A stretch of DNA of 64,000 bases from a virus: the IMG/VR virus record IMGVR_UViG_3300025137_000016; one strand, written 5' to 3'. The notes under the pieces were generated by a model. That model saw only the letters and a list, made by a program, of their open reading frames with translations, did no database searches and was not told the origin of the DNA. This document shows, in pieces, positions 49,218-57,901 of this stretch; position 1 is the first letter of the stretch; every line of letters begins with the position of its first letter. A program made the translations under genes and the position numbers.

Positions 49218-50465
49218 ATGGCTGACGCAAAAATTAGTGAATTACCAGTTCTATCATCGCCAGAAAGCATTGACAAATTATTGGTTGTTGATACATCTGA
49301 ATCTACTACAAAACATATTACATACGGAAATCTAGTTTCTGCATTACAAGGTGCTAATGTTAATTTATCTGCACTTGGTGATGTTGATGTCACTGGAGTT
49401 TCTAATGGGCAAGTATTAAAATACAATGCTTCTGCTAGTGAATGGCAACCTGGAAGTGACACAGCTGGTATCTTATATACTGACTTATCAGCGATCAATG
49501 CTAGTGCTACTGGTGCTGGTGCATTATCATTTAATAATGTCACAGGTGTATTTACCAATACTCCTCCCGACCTATCAACTTTCATAACAGCATCATCTTC
49601 TGATACTCTTACTAACAAATCTGGTAATATTTCAATGTTCACTAATAATAGTGCATATATTACTGCGTCTTCATCTGACACACTTACCAATAAAGCTGGT
49701 AATGTTGATATGTTTACTAATAATGCTGGGTATCTAACTGGAGCATCTACTACTACTCTAACAAATAAAACTATTGATGCGGATGGTACTGGCAACTCTA
49801 TTACAAATATCGAAGATGCTAATATAAAAGCATCTGCTGCAATCGATGCTACTAAGATAGCTGATGGCTCTGTGACTTCTGCAGAGTTCCAACATATTTC
49901 AACTGTATCTTCTAATGTTCAAACACAACTAGATGCAAAAGCAGCAACCTCGTCTTTAGCAACATCAGCAACTACTGATACAACTAATGCTACTAACATA
50001 GGATCGGGAACTTTAAATAAAGCTAGATTACCATCTTCTATAGATGCGGACACAACAGGGAATGCTACAACAGCAACCACTGCCACATCTGCTACTAACA
50101 CAACAAATTTACCAAGCACAGTACTCGGAGCAAACCAAACTTATGCTATGCTCTATGCTTTTGATACAACTGCTGGTACAAACATCTATTCTATCGCAGT
50201 CGGTGGTACTGTAGCTGGAAATAAACTTTGGTATTATACTGGAACATTATCTACAACAGATCTCGGTCCAGGATATCAAGGAGCATTTGCTGCCCCAATG
50301 ACAGCATCAGGAGATAATCCTAGTGATGACATTAATAAATGGGTGCAAATCGATTCAACTGGAAGTTCCACTTGGAGAAACATGGGTCCACAACAAGCAG
50401 TATCATATGATCCTGCAGGTGCCAACTGGTTTAAAGTACCAGCATTATTCGTGAGAGTATCTTAA
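49218..50465 (+). CDS. Fibre-like virion protein inside the replication module
   Basis: MADAKISELP N-terminus, GQVLKYN and TLTNK repeats, WRNMG...LFVRVS C-terminus; CTAAATA at 49180. Confidence 0.75.
   Translation: MADAKISELPVLSSPESIDKLLVVDTSESTTKHITYGNLVSALQGANVNLSALGDVDVTGVSNGQVLKYNASASEWQPGSDTAGILYTDLSAINASATGAGALSFNNVTGVFTNTPPDLSTFITASSSDTLTNKSGNISMFTNNSAYITASSSDTLTNKAGNVDMFTNNAGYLTGASTTTLTNKTIDADGTGNSITNIEDANIKASAAIDATKIADGSVTSAEFQHISTVSSNVQTQLDAKAATSSLATSATTDTTNATNIGSGTLNKARLPSSIDADTTGNATTATTATSATNTTNLPSTVLGANQTYAMLYAFDTTAGTNIYSIAVGGTVAGNKLWYYTGTLSTTDLGPGYQGAFAAPMTASGDNPSDDINKWVQIDSTGSSTWRNMGPQQAVSYDPAGANWFKVPALFVRVS
49584..49769 (+). repeat. About 2.5 tandem copies of a 75-bp (25-aa) coding repeat
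   Basis: ITASSSDTLTNKSGNISMFTNNSAY / ITASSSDTLTNKAGNVDMFTNNAGY / LTGASTTTLTNK. Confidence 0.85.
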
Positions 50466-50530
50466 TCTTTAAGAAACTTCTTACAACATTATTGAAATGG
50501 ATTATGAAAATGATACCTATATATTATGAT

Positions 50531-50586
50531 GAGAATGCCTTTTTTGGGTTCTCTAATTTAAACTCGCTTCATAAGGAGGAAACAAT
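50531..50586 (+). promoter_or_regulatory. ROSE-like RNA thermometer in the hsp20 5' UTR
   Basis: Hairpin GAGAAT(G)CC-T6-GGGTTCTC, then CTC(G)CTT-CAT-AAGGAG pairing the SD with the U(U/C)GCU motif. Confidence 0.7.
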
Positions 50587-51021
50587 ATGAACGCACATAT
50601 AAACATGTGGTCACAACTAAGACCATTTTCAGTCGGCTTTGATAGTCTATTCGATCGTCTAGATCACGTCAATGCCATTCACAAACAAGAAAGCTACCCA
50701 CCATATAACATAGTAAAGATTTCGGAAGAGAAATTTGCTATTCAAATGGCTGTAGCTGGATTTTCTAAAAAACATATTGCAGTTGAACATCAGGAAAATA
50801 TTCTGACAGTTAAGTCAGTTCCATATACAGCTGATGAACTTGCTGCAGTTGAAGAAGATTATGTACATAAAGGAATCTCTAAGAGAAACTTTACTCGTAC
50901 ATTTACTATTGCCGATGATGTAATTATCAAAGGTGCTACTATGGAAGACGGAATGCTTTCAATTGAACTTGAAAGAGTAATTCCTGAAGAGAAAAAACTT
51001 AAAGTCATAGACATTAAGTAA
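50587..51021 (+). CDS. hsp20: Small heat-shock protein Hsp20 (IbpA-like)
   Basis: YPPYNI, AVAGF and YVHKGISKRNFTRTF motifs. Confidence 0.95.
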   Translation: MNAHINMWSQLRPFSVGFDSLFDRLDHVNAIHKQESYPPYNIVKISEEKFAIQMAVAGFSKKHIAVEHQENILTVKSVPYTADELAAVEEDYVHKGISKRNFTRTFTIADDVIIKGATMEDGMLSIELERVIPEEKKLKVIDIK

Positions 51022-51030
51022 TTAACAACA

Positions 51031-51060
51031 GCTCCCCTCTTCGGAGGGGAGTCACTTTTT
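51031..51060 (+). terminator. Rho-independent terminator after hsp20
   Basis: GCTCCCCTC-TTCG-GAGGGGAGT followed by CACTTTTT. Confidence 0.8.
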
Positions 51061-51075
51061 AAAATGGAGAATATT

Positions 51076-51393
51076 ATGAGTGACAAAGATATATCATTAT
51101 TTATGATGACAAGTGGAGAAATTATCGTAGCAGAAGTGCTAGATGCTACTGCCACAACATATACCACTAAGATGCCAAGCATGCTAGTGACAGATCCTGG
51201 AAGTGATCCTGCAAAACAACAAGTTGGTCTTGCACCATATTGTCCTTATGCAGATCCTGACAATGCGATTGACTTTTTTAGAACAGCAATACAATCTATT
51301 GTAGTTCCTACCAAACAACTTAAAGAAGAGTATGAAAGAATCTGGGGCAATCCAAGTTCTTTGGTTCTACCAGAAAAGAAACTAATAGTATAA
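51076..51393 (+). CDS. Conserved hypothetical protein upstream of gp43 (Sm-like)
   Basis: SD GGAG before ATG 51076; MTSGEIIVAE...Y..IWG..LVLP. Confidence 0.75.
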   Translation: MSDKDISLFMMTSGEIIVAEVLDATATTYTTKMPSMLVTDPGSDPAKQQVGLAPYCPYADPDNAIDFFRTAIQSIVVPTKQLKEEYERIWGNPSSLVLPEKKLIV

Positions 51394-51398
51394 ATTAT

Positions 51399-51427
51399 TT
51401 TACTTTTAAGTTTATTAAGGGTAGAAT
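51399..51427 (+). promoter_or_regulatory. Sigma70-type promoter (gp43)
   Basis: TTTACT-N17-TAGAAT, 6 nt before the ATG. Confidence 0.8.
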
Positions 51428-51433
51428 GATTAT

Positions 51434-53917
51434 ATGAAGTTTTATACTAATGTACATCCTCATGGCAATCAATTACTAGTCCGATATGTTTCGGGTGGTA
51501 AAAGACGTGCTGAAAAGATACCTTTCAAGCCTAGTGTCTGGGTGACACGAGGGAAAGGCGAAACACCATACAAAACTCTCAAAGGGCATCCTGCCTATAA
51601 AGTCCAACAAGCCAGCATTAAAGACGCAAAAAACTTTGTACAGTCTTATGGCGATGTTATGGATGTTCATGGTCAAACTACATGGCATTATCAATATATG
51701 CATGACGAGTTTGATAAAGATATTGATTGGGACAAAGATCTAATTAAGATCTGGTCTATTGATATTGAAACTGAAGCTGAAGAGGGTTTCCCTAATATTG
51801 AAAGAGCAAATGAGAAACTTCTTTTAATTACCTTACAAGATAATCATACTAAAGAAACTGTCACTTTTGGCACCAAGCCATATACTGGCGATGCTACTCA
51901 ACATACTGATTGGCGATATGTATATTGTAGTGATGAGAAAGTTCTCTTTAATAAATTTCTAGATTACTGGATTGAAAACTATCCTGATGTTATTACTGGA
52001 TGGAACTCTCAGTTCTTTGACCTTGCTTATTTATGGAGAAGAATGTGTCACATAATTGGTGAAGACCATGCTCGTAGATTATCTCCCTGGAAAATAGTAC
52101 ATGAAAGGGAAATATTTGTAAAAGGTAATAAACAGTTCGCCATTGCTATCGCAGGTGTTGCTCAGCTAGATTATCTAGACCTCTACAAAAAATATACTTA
52201 TACTGCCCAGGAATCTTATCGTTTAGATAATATCGCATTCGTTGAACTTAATTCTAAGAAATTAGATCACAGTGAATATTCTACATTCTCTGACTTCTAT
52301 AAGATGGACTGGAATAAGTTTGTTGATTATAACATTCATGATGTTAGATTAGTTGATATGCTAGAAGATAAAATGAAACTGATTGAACTTCAGTTGACTA
52401 TGGCATATAATGCTAAGATTAATTATGATGATGTATTCTCGCAAGTTCGTATGTGGGATATGATTGTTCACAATTATCTAATGAAAGTAAATGTGGTCAT
52501 ACCACCCAAGTCCAGCCAAAATAAATCTACTAAGTTTGAAGGAGCATTCGTAAAAGATCCAATTGTAGGATTACATAAATGGGTGGCTTCCTTTGACTTA
52601 AACTCACTATATCCGCATTTAATTATGCAGTATAATATTTCCCCTGAAACATTACAACAAGAATCAGTTGAAAAGGGTGTCGAGCATTATCTTAAAAATC
52701 CTGCTGGAGAATCTGATTTTGCTGTTGCTGCAAATGGTTCGCAATATAGAAAAGACTTTAGAGGTGTGTTCCCATCTATTATGGAAGACTTCTATAATCA
52801 AAGAAAGATTGCTAAAAAAGAAATGCTTCAAGCACAGCAATTATATGAAAACGAAAATGATCCTAGACAATTAAAAGTTATCTCAAGTAAAAATAATTAT
52901 CAGATGGGAATGAAGATTGCTCTTAACTCTGCTTATGGTGCACTCGGCAATCAATACTTTAGATACTTTGATATTAAGATGGCTGAAGCTATTACTACTT
53001 CTGGGCAATTATCTATTCGTTGGATTCATGATAGAATGAATGAATATCTAAACAAGATAATTGGTACAAAAGATGAAGACTATATTATTGCTGTTGATAC
53101 AGATTCTATCTATGTGACCTTTGAGAAACTTGTTGATAAAGTTATGGGAGATAAACAAACTGACATAAATAAAACTATTAAGTTCTTAGATACAATATGT
53201 AATGAAAAATTCATGCCATATATAAATGAGCAATATGCTATTCTTGCTAAAAGACAAAATGCTTTTGCAAACAAGATGGTAATGGAAAGAGAAGTTCTAG
53301 CCGATAAAGGTTTATGGACTGCTAAGAAAAGATATGTTCTTTCAGTATATAACTCTGAAGGAGTATCTTATAAAAAACCTAAGATGAAGATTATGGGTTT
53401 AGAGATGATTAAATCTTCTACTCCTCATGCTGTTCGTGAATTATTAAAAGAGGTAATACCAACTGTTCTTCGTGGAACTCAATCTGAATTGTATGAGTTT
53501 ATCGAGAAAGCTAGAACTCATTTTAATTCACTTCCTGTTGAAGAGATTGCTTTTCCTAGATCGGTAAATGGTCTGAGCAACTATTATGATTCCTCTCAAA
53601 TATATCGCAAGGCAACTCCTATTCATGTTAGAGGTGCTTTACTTTATAATCATTATTTAAAAGAGAAGAATCTAAATCTTAGATATAATACTATTAAAGA
53701 GGGTGAAAAGATAAGATTCGTATATCTTAAAAAGCCCAATACAATGAGGGAAAATGTTATTTCCTTCCTGGATGAGATTCCTAAGGAATTTGATATCCAT
53801 AAATATGCTGACTATGACTTGATGTTTGAAAAGGTGTTTCTAGATCCTCTTGAAATACTAGTAAATTCGCTCAAATGGAAGGTCAAGGACACAGCTTCTT
53901 TAGAGGATTTCTTTTAG
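51434..53917 (+). CDS. 43: Family B DNA polymerase gp43
   Basis: DIETE exonuclease motif, SFDLNSLYPHL, KIALNSAYG and DTDS; C-terminal SLEDFF. Confidence 0.98.
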   Translation: MKFYTNVHPHGNQLLVRYVSGGKRRAEKIPFKPSVWVTRGKGETPYKTLKGHPAYKVQQASIKDAKNFVQSYGDVMDVHGQTTWHYQYMHDEFDKDIDWDKDLIKIWSIDIETEAEEGFPNIERANEKLLLITLQDNHTKETVTFGTKPYTGDATQHTDWRYVYCSDEKVLFNKFLDYWIENYPDVITGWNSQFFDLAYLWRRMCHIIGEDHARRLSPWKIVHEREIFVKGNKQFAIAIAGVAQLDYLDLYKKYTYTAQESYRLDNIAFVELNSKKLDHSEYSTFSDFYKMDWNKFVDYNIHDVRLVDMLEDKMKLIELQLTMAYNAKINYDDVFSQVRMWDMIVHNYLMKVNVVIPPKSSQNKSTKFEGAFVKDPIVGLHKWVASFDLNSLYPHLIMQYNISPETLQQESVEKGVEHYLKNPAGESDFAVAANGSQYRKDFRGVFPSIMEDFYNQRKIAKKEMLQAQQLYENENDPRQLKVISSKNNYQMGMKIALNSAYGALGNQYFRYFDIKMAEAITTSGQLSIRWIHDRMNEYLNKIIGTKDEDYIIAVDTDSIYVTFEKLVDKVMGDKQTDINKTIKFLDTICNEKFMPYINEQYAILAKRQNAFANKMVMEREVLADKGLWTAKKRYVLSVYNSEGVSYKKPKMKIMGLEMIKSSTPHAVRELLKEVIPTVLRGTQSELYEFIEKARTHFNSLPVEEIAFPRSVNGLSNYYDSSQIYRKATPIHVRGALLYNHYLKEKNLNLRYNTIKEGEKIRFVYLKKPNTMRENVISFLDEIPKEFDIHKYADYDLMFEKVFLDPLEILVNSLKWKVKDTASLEDFF

Positions 53918-53937
53918 AAACAATGACTTACTGGTAT

Positions 53938-53966
53938 TTTACTTTTAAGTTTTTATCAGGTAATAT
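53938..53966 (+). promoter_or_regulatory. Sigma70-type promoter
   Basis: TTTACT-N17-TAATAT, 7 nt before ATG 53974. Confidence 0.75.
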
Positions 53967-53973
53967 TATGATA

Positions 53974-54264
53974 ATGAAAAAAGTAATTGGATTAATGATA
54001 ATAATGGGATTGACTATGTCACCCTCTGCTTACTCCGCACCGATAACAAAGGTGTATGGACCAAACTGTACAACTGAGACAACCTCAATTGTTAGGAATG
54101 GTATCATAATCAGTTCTATAGAAACTAGGACTTGTAAGGAAGAAGTACAGAATGGTCGTCAGAAGTTTGACCACAAGGCAAACTCAACAGATGCTTTAAT
54201 ATATGAAGCTGCACAACTGATGATGTATTCTGTTTTCGTTAAGGTCATTACAGAAATGAACTAG
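53974..54264 (+). CDS. Exported small protein
   Basis: MKKVIGLMIIMGLTMSPSAYSA signal-peptide-like start; two Cys. The track start at 53875 overlaps gp43 and its promoter and is unlikely. Confidence 0.7.
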   Translation: MKKVIGLMIIMGLTMSPSAYSAPITKVYGPNCTTETTSIVRNGIIISSIETRTCKEEVQNGRQKFDHKANSTDALIYEAAQLMMYSVFVKVITEMN

Positions 54265-54277
54265 GAGAAGTTATATT

Positions 54278-54397
54278 ATGAAATATGTTATAGGAATTGG
54301 TATCGGGATAGGGGTTGCTTACTTTTATCCAAGTATCGGATCGACTATTATTGAAACTGTGAAGGAGGTTTATTATGTCATCAATTCAAAATTTTAA
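54278..54397 (+). CDS. 39-aa membrane micro-protein (not in ORF track)
   Basis: SD AGGAG; MKYVIGIGIGIGVAYFYP... Confidence 0.65.
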   Translation: MKYVIGIGIGIGVAYFYPSIGSTIIETVKEVYYVINSKF

Positions 54398-54941
54398 AAC
54401 TATAATCTTGGTAGGAATGCTCGCTGTATTTGTGAGTGCGTGTTCGACTACTAAGATAACCCAAGAAGCCAATAAAGATGGTGTTCTAAATAAAGTGCCG
54501 ACTTGGTACTTAGATCACGATGTTGAAAAAGGTATTATTAGAAACAGGGATGCTAACGACTTTATATATGGTGTTGGTGCTTCTGTATCTTATGATTTAC
54601 AGTTTGCTCTAGACAAAGCGACTACTATCGCCAAGTCTGATTTAGCTGACCAAGTAAATGGTAGAATCACTCAAAATGAATCTATATATAAAGAAGAGGG
54701 TCGTGGTGAAGGAGAGGATCTAATGATTGAAAGATCTACTTCTCAAACAAATAATATTATTTCACCAACATCCCTTCCAGGATATGAAGAGTGGAATAAA
54801 GATGTATTCATTACAGCCGATGGTTTGTATAGAGTATATGTTGGATTAAAATGGTCTGAAGAAAATAACAAACTTGCACCAAACATTCAAATGGCACCAT
54901 TGGAGCCAGTGATTGTTAATCCAGCAAACGATGAAGTTTAA
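54375..54941 (+). CDS. Lipoprotein (LPP20-like)
   Basis: Lipobox VSAC; P.WY...YGVG.S.S.DLQ.A.DKA...AK..LA pattern. Confidence 0.8.
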   Translation: MSSIQNFKTIILVGMLAVFVSACSTTKITQEANKDGVLNKVPTWYLDHDVEKGIIRNRDANDFIYGVGASVSYDLQFALDKATTIAKSDLADQVNGRITQNESIYKEEGRGEGEDLMIERSTSQTNNIISPTSLPGYEEWNKDVFITADGLYRVYVGLKWSEENNKLAPNIQMAPLEPVIVNPANDEV

Positions 54942-54959
54942 TTTAAAAGGAGATAATAT

Positions 54960-56018
54960 ATGGTTGGTTATTTAAACGATCTTATAGATAATCTTGATAA
55001 TGAGTACGCAGGTCTTGCGGAAAATGCTTTGGACTCTGATGTCAGTTTCGTTGACACAGGGTCTTATGTATTTAATGCTCTATTGAGTGGATCTATATTT
55101 GGTGGACTACCAGCAAACAAGGTGACTGCCTTGGCTGGTGAAAGTTCTACAGGAAAAACATTTTTTGCTCTGGGGATTGCTAAAAACTTTCTAGACCTAG
55201 ACCCAGAAGCAGGTGTAATATATTTTGAAACAGAGGGTGCACTTACTAAGCAAATCCTCGAAGATAGAGATATTGATACCAACAGGTTCGTAATGGTTCC
55301 TGTGACAACTATTCAAGAGTTCCGTACTCAAGCTGTGCGAATACTTGATAACCATAAAAGTGTGCCTGAAGCAGCACGGAAACCAATCCTATTTGTTTTA
55401 GATTCATTGGGTATGCTCTCAACCACCAAAGAAGTAGCAGATGTGGCAGAGGGTAAAGATACTCGTGATATGACGAGAGCACAACTAGTAAGAGGTGCTT
55501 TCAGAGTATTGAGTCTAAAACTCGCACAGCTTGATGTACCAATGATTGTCACTAATCATACTTTTGATGTTATTGGTTCTTACATGCCTATGAAGGACAT
55601 GGGTGGTGGAGGTGGCTTAAAGTATGCTGCATCTACAATTATATTTTTGGGTAAATCTAAAGATAGAGATGGTACTGATATTGTTGGAAACATTATTAAA
55701 TGTACTACACAAAAATCTAGATTTACTAAGGAGAACTCTAAAGTTGAGTGTAAACTAAATTTCGAAAAAGGACTTTCACGTTATCATGGTCTGACAGAAC
55801 TTGCTGTTGAAGCAGGTATCTGGGAATCGGCTGGTGGTAGGATTACTGTAGATGGTAAAAAACTGTTCGGTAAACATATCGCCAACGATCCTGAGAAATA
55901 CTTTACTGAGGATGTTCTTAAATCAATTGATGCCCATACCAAGAAGAAGTTTATGTATGGTGGCTCAAGTCTAGAAGAGATTGTACCAGAAGATGTCGAA
56001 GATAATACAGGGAAATAA
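54960..56018 (+). CDS. uvsX: RecA-like recombinase UvsX
   Basis: AGESSTGKT, LDSLG, DMTRA, TNHT and GGGGLKYAAS motifs. Confidence 0.95.
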   Translation: MVGYLNDLIDNLDNEYAGLAENALDSDVSFVDTGSYVFNALLSGSIFGGLPANKVTALAGESSTGKTFFALGIAKNFLDLDPEAGVIYFETEGALTKQILEDRDIDTNRFVMVPVTTIQEFRTQAVRILDNHKSVPEAARKPILFVLDSLGMLSTTKEVADVAEGKDTRDMTRAQLVRGAFRVLSLKLAQLDVPMIVTNHTFDVIGSYMPMKDMGGGGGLKYAASTIIFLGKSKDRDGTDIVGNIIKCTTQKSRFTKENSKVECKLNFEKGLSRYHGLTELAVEAGIWESAGGRITVDGKKLFGKHIANDPEKYFTEDVLKSIDAHTKKKFMYGGSSLEEIVPEDVEDNTGK

Positions 56019-56469
56019 TCCCAAGGAGTATGAACCAATCCATAGTGCTGACGACTATGTTTCAGAAGAAGATTATCTGAAAGCCAAAGAGGATTGGGAA
56101 AAAGAAAATTATCATACTGATAAATTGAGAGACTCTGCTCAAGCCCAAATACCACATGAAGTTTTAGAAGAAACTAATGAAGCTGGGTTTATGAAGCTAA
56201 GAGTGACACAAGGTTTATTAGAGGATAAGATTGTTTCTTTTGGCAAGGTATCTTTTAAGACAACTGAGGATAGCACTATTAAACTAGACTATACTTATGA
56301 GATAGAGGGTAAAGATAAATTTCGTACAGTACCTAAAGTTGAAGTTGAAAAGATGCTCGGTGATTTCTTAATGGCTATGATTAAAGAACAACTTAATGAA
56401 AAGCAACTTCTATTTAGAGGTGGCGAAGATGAGATGAAGGATGTACTAAAAGATGAGCCAGAATCTTAA
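55993..56469 (+). CDS. gp40-like head assembly chaperone (putative)
   Basis: Position between uvsX and gp41; FGKVSF...LDYTY...LGDFL pattern. Confidence 0.55.
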   Translation: MSKIIQGNNPKEYEPIHSADDYVSEEDYLKAKEDWEKENYHTDKLRDSAQAQIPHEVLEETNEAGFMKLRVTQGLLEDKIVSFGKVSFKTTEDSTIKLDYTYEIEGKDKFRTVPKVEVEKMLGDFLMAMIKEQLNEKQLLFRGGEDEMKDVLKDEPES

Positions 56470-56470
56470 T

Positions 56471-56499
56471 TTGACTTTTAACTTTTTTTCAGATAGAAT
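56471..56499 (+). promoter_or_regulatory. Sigma70-type promoter (gp41 and downstream modification genes)
   Basis: TTGACT-N17-TAGAAT, 7 nt before the ATG. Confidence 0.8.
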
Positions 56500-56506
56500 A
56501 TAAATT

Positions 56507-57901
56507 ATGCGTATTGAAGAAACTATATTAAATAATCTATTACATAATGATGAATACTCACGCAAGGTGACACCATTCATCAAACCTGAATATTTTGAAG
56601 AACGCAATGAGAAGATTATGTTTGAAGAATATACTAAGTTATTCCTACAATATAATAATGTTCCTAATGCTGAAATGATTGCTAATGAAGTCTTCAATCG
56701 TAAAGACTTATATGATAATGATCATAAACTAATTCAGGATGCCATTCTTAAGATGAAAGAGCCAAATGATGTAAATGAAAACTGGCTCTATGATAAAACT
56801 GAAGATTGGTGTAAAGAACGAGCAGTATATAATACTGTAATGGATGCTATCAAAATTATTGATGGTCGTGATAAACAACATACCAAAGATGCTATTCCTA
56901 AAATGATGCAAGATGCTTTGGGTGTTTGCTTTGATACTTCTGTTGGTCATGATTATCTAGAAGACTCCGACTCTCGTTATGAGTTCTATCATAAAGTTGA
57001 AGAGAAAATTAAATTTGATATTGAATTATTGAATACTATTACCAGAGGTGGCTTGAGTAAAAAGACTCTTAATATTGCTATGGCTGGTACAGGTGTTGGT
57101 AAATCATTATTTATGTGTCATCATGCTGCATCAGTTTTGGGTGCTGGTATGAATGTTCTTTATATTACTATGGAGATGGCTGAAGAAAAAATCTCTGAAA
57201 GGATTGATGCTAACTTATTGAACTTGGGTATGAATGAAATTAAAGTCGTTGACCATGACATATTCAGTAAAAGAATTAATAAGATTAAAGATTCTAGTAA
57301 AGGTAAATTGATTGTAAAAGAATATCCTACAGGCTCTGCTCACTCTGGTCACTTCAGAGCATTACTTGAAGAACTTAAAATGAAAAAAGGTTTCAAGCCA
57401 GATATTATCTTTATTGATTATCTTAATATCTGTGCTTCACAAAGATTAAAGATGGGATCTAATGTAAACACTTATTCTTACATTAAATCTATTGCCGAAG
57501 AACTTAGAGGACTGGCAGTTGAATATAATTGTCCTCTCGTATCAGCTACCCAAACGACAAGAGGTGGCTTTAATAACACTGATGTTGGTCTAGAAGATAC
57601 TTCTGAATCTTTTGGTTTACCAGCGACTGCTGATTTAATGTTCGCGATTATTGCTAGTGAAGAACTAGACAATATGGGACAGTGGATGATTAAGCAACTG
57701 AAGAATAGATATTCAGATCCTAATTATTACAAGCGATTCGTAGTTGGTGTTGATAAGAATAAAATGCGATTATATGATGTAGAAGCATCTGCTCAATCAA
57801 ACATAATGGGATCAGGTCAAGAAAAAAAAGAAGATGATATCGCTGTGTTTGATAAGTCCGATGCTGGACAGCGATTAAATATGGAAGGATTTAAATTATG
57901 A
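56507..57901 (+). CDS. 41: Replicative helicase gp41
   Basis: AGTGVGKS, IDYLNIC, SATQTTR, SESFGLPATAD and KQLKNRY motifs. Confidence 0.97.
   Translation: MRIEETILNNLLHNDEYSRKVTPFIKPEYFEERNEKIMFEEYTKLFLQYNNVPNAEMIANEVFNRKDLYDNDHKLIQDAILKMKEPNDVNENWLYDKTEDWCKERAVYNTVMDAIKIIDGRDKQHTKDAIPKMMQDALGVCFDTSVGHDYLEDSDSRYEFYHKVEEKIKFDIELLNTITRGGLSKKTLNIAMAGTGVGKSLFMCHHAASVLGAGMNVLYITMEMAEEKISERIDANLLNLGMNEIKVVDHDIFSKRINKIKDSSKGKLIVKEYPTGSAHSGHFRALLEELKMKKGFKPDIIFIDYLNICASQRLKMGSNVNTYSYIKSIAEELRGLAVEYNCPLVSATQTTRGGFNNTDVGLEDTSESFGLPATADLMFAIIASEELDNMGQWMIKQLKNRYSDPNYYKRFVVGVDKNKMRLYDVEASAQSNIMGSGQEKKEDDIAVFDKSDAGQRLNMEGFKL

Noticed and set aside
50491-50522. Possible sigma32 promoter (TTGAAA...CCTATAT) before hsp20
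   Set aside because: Spacing is about 3 nt longer than the RpoH consensus; could be chance or a late-promoter variant.
44757-54280. Recurrent TATATTATG at gene starts resembling half of a dif site
   Set aside because: The remainder of dif is absent; explained as AT-rich spacers before ATG.
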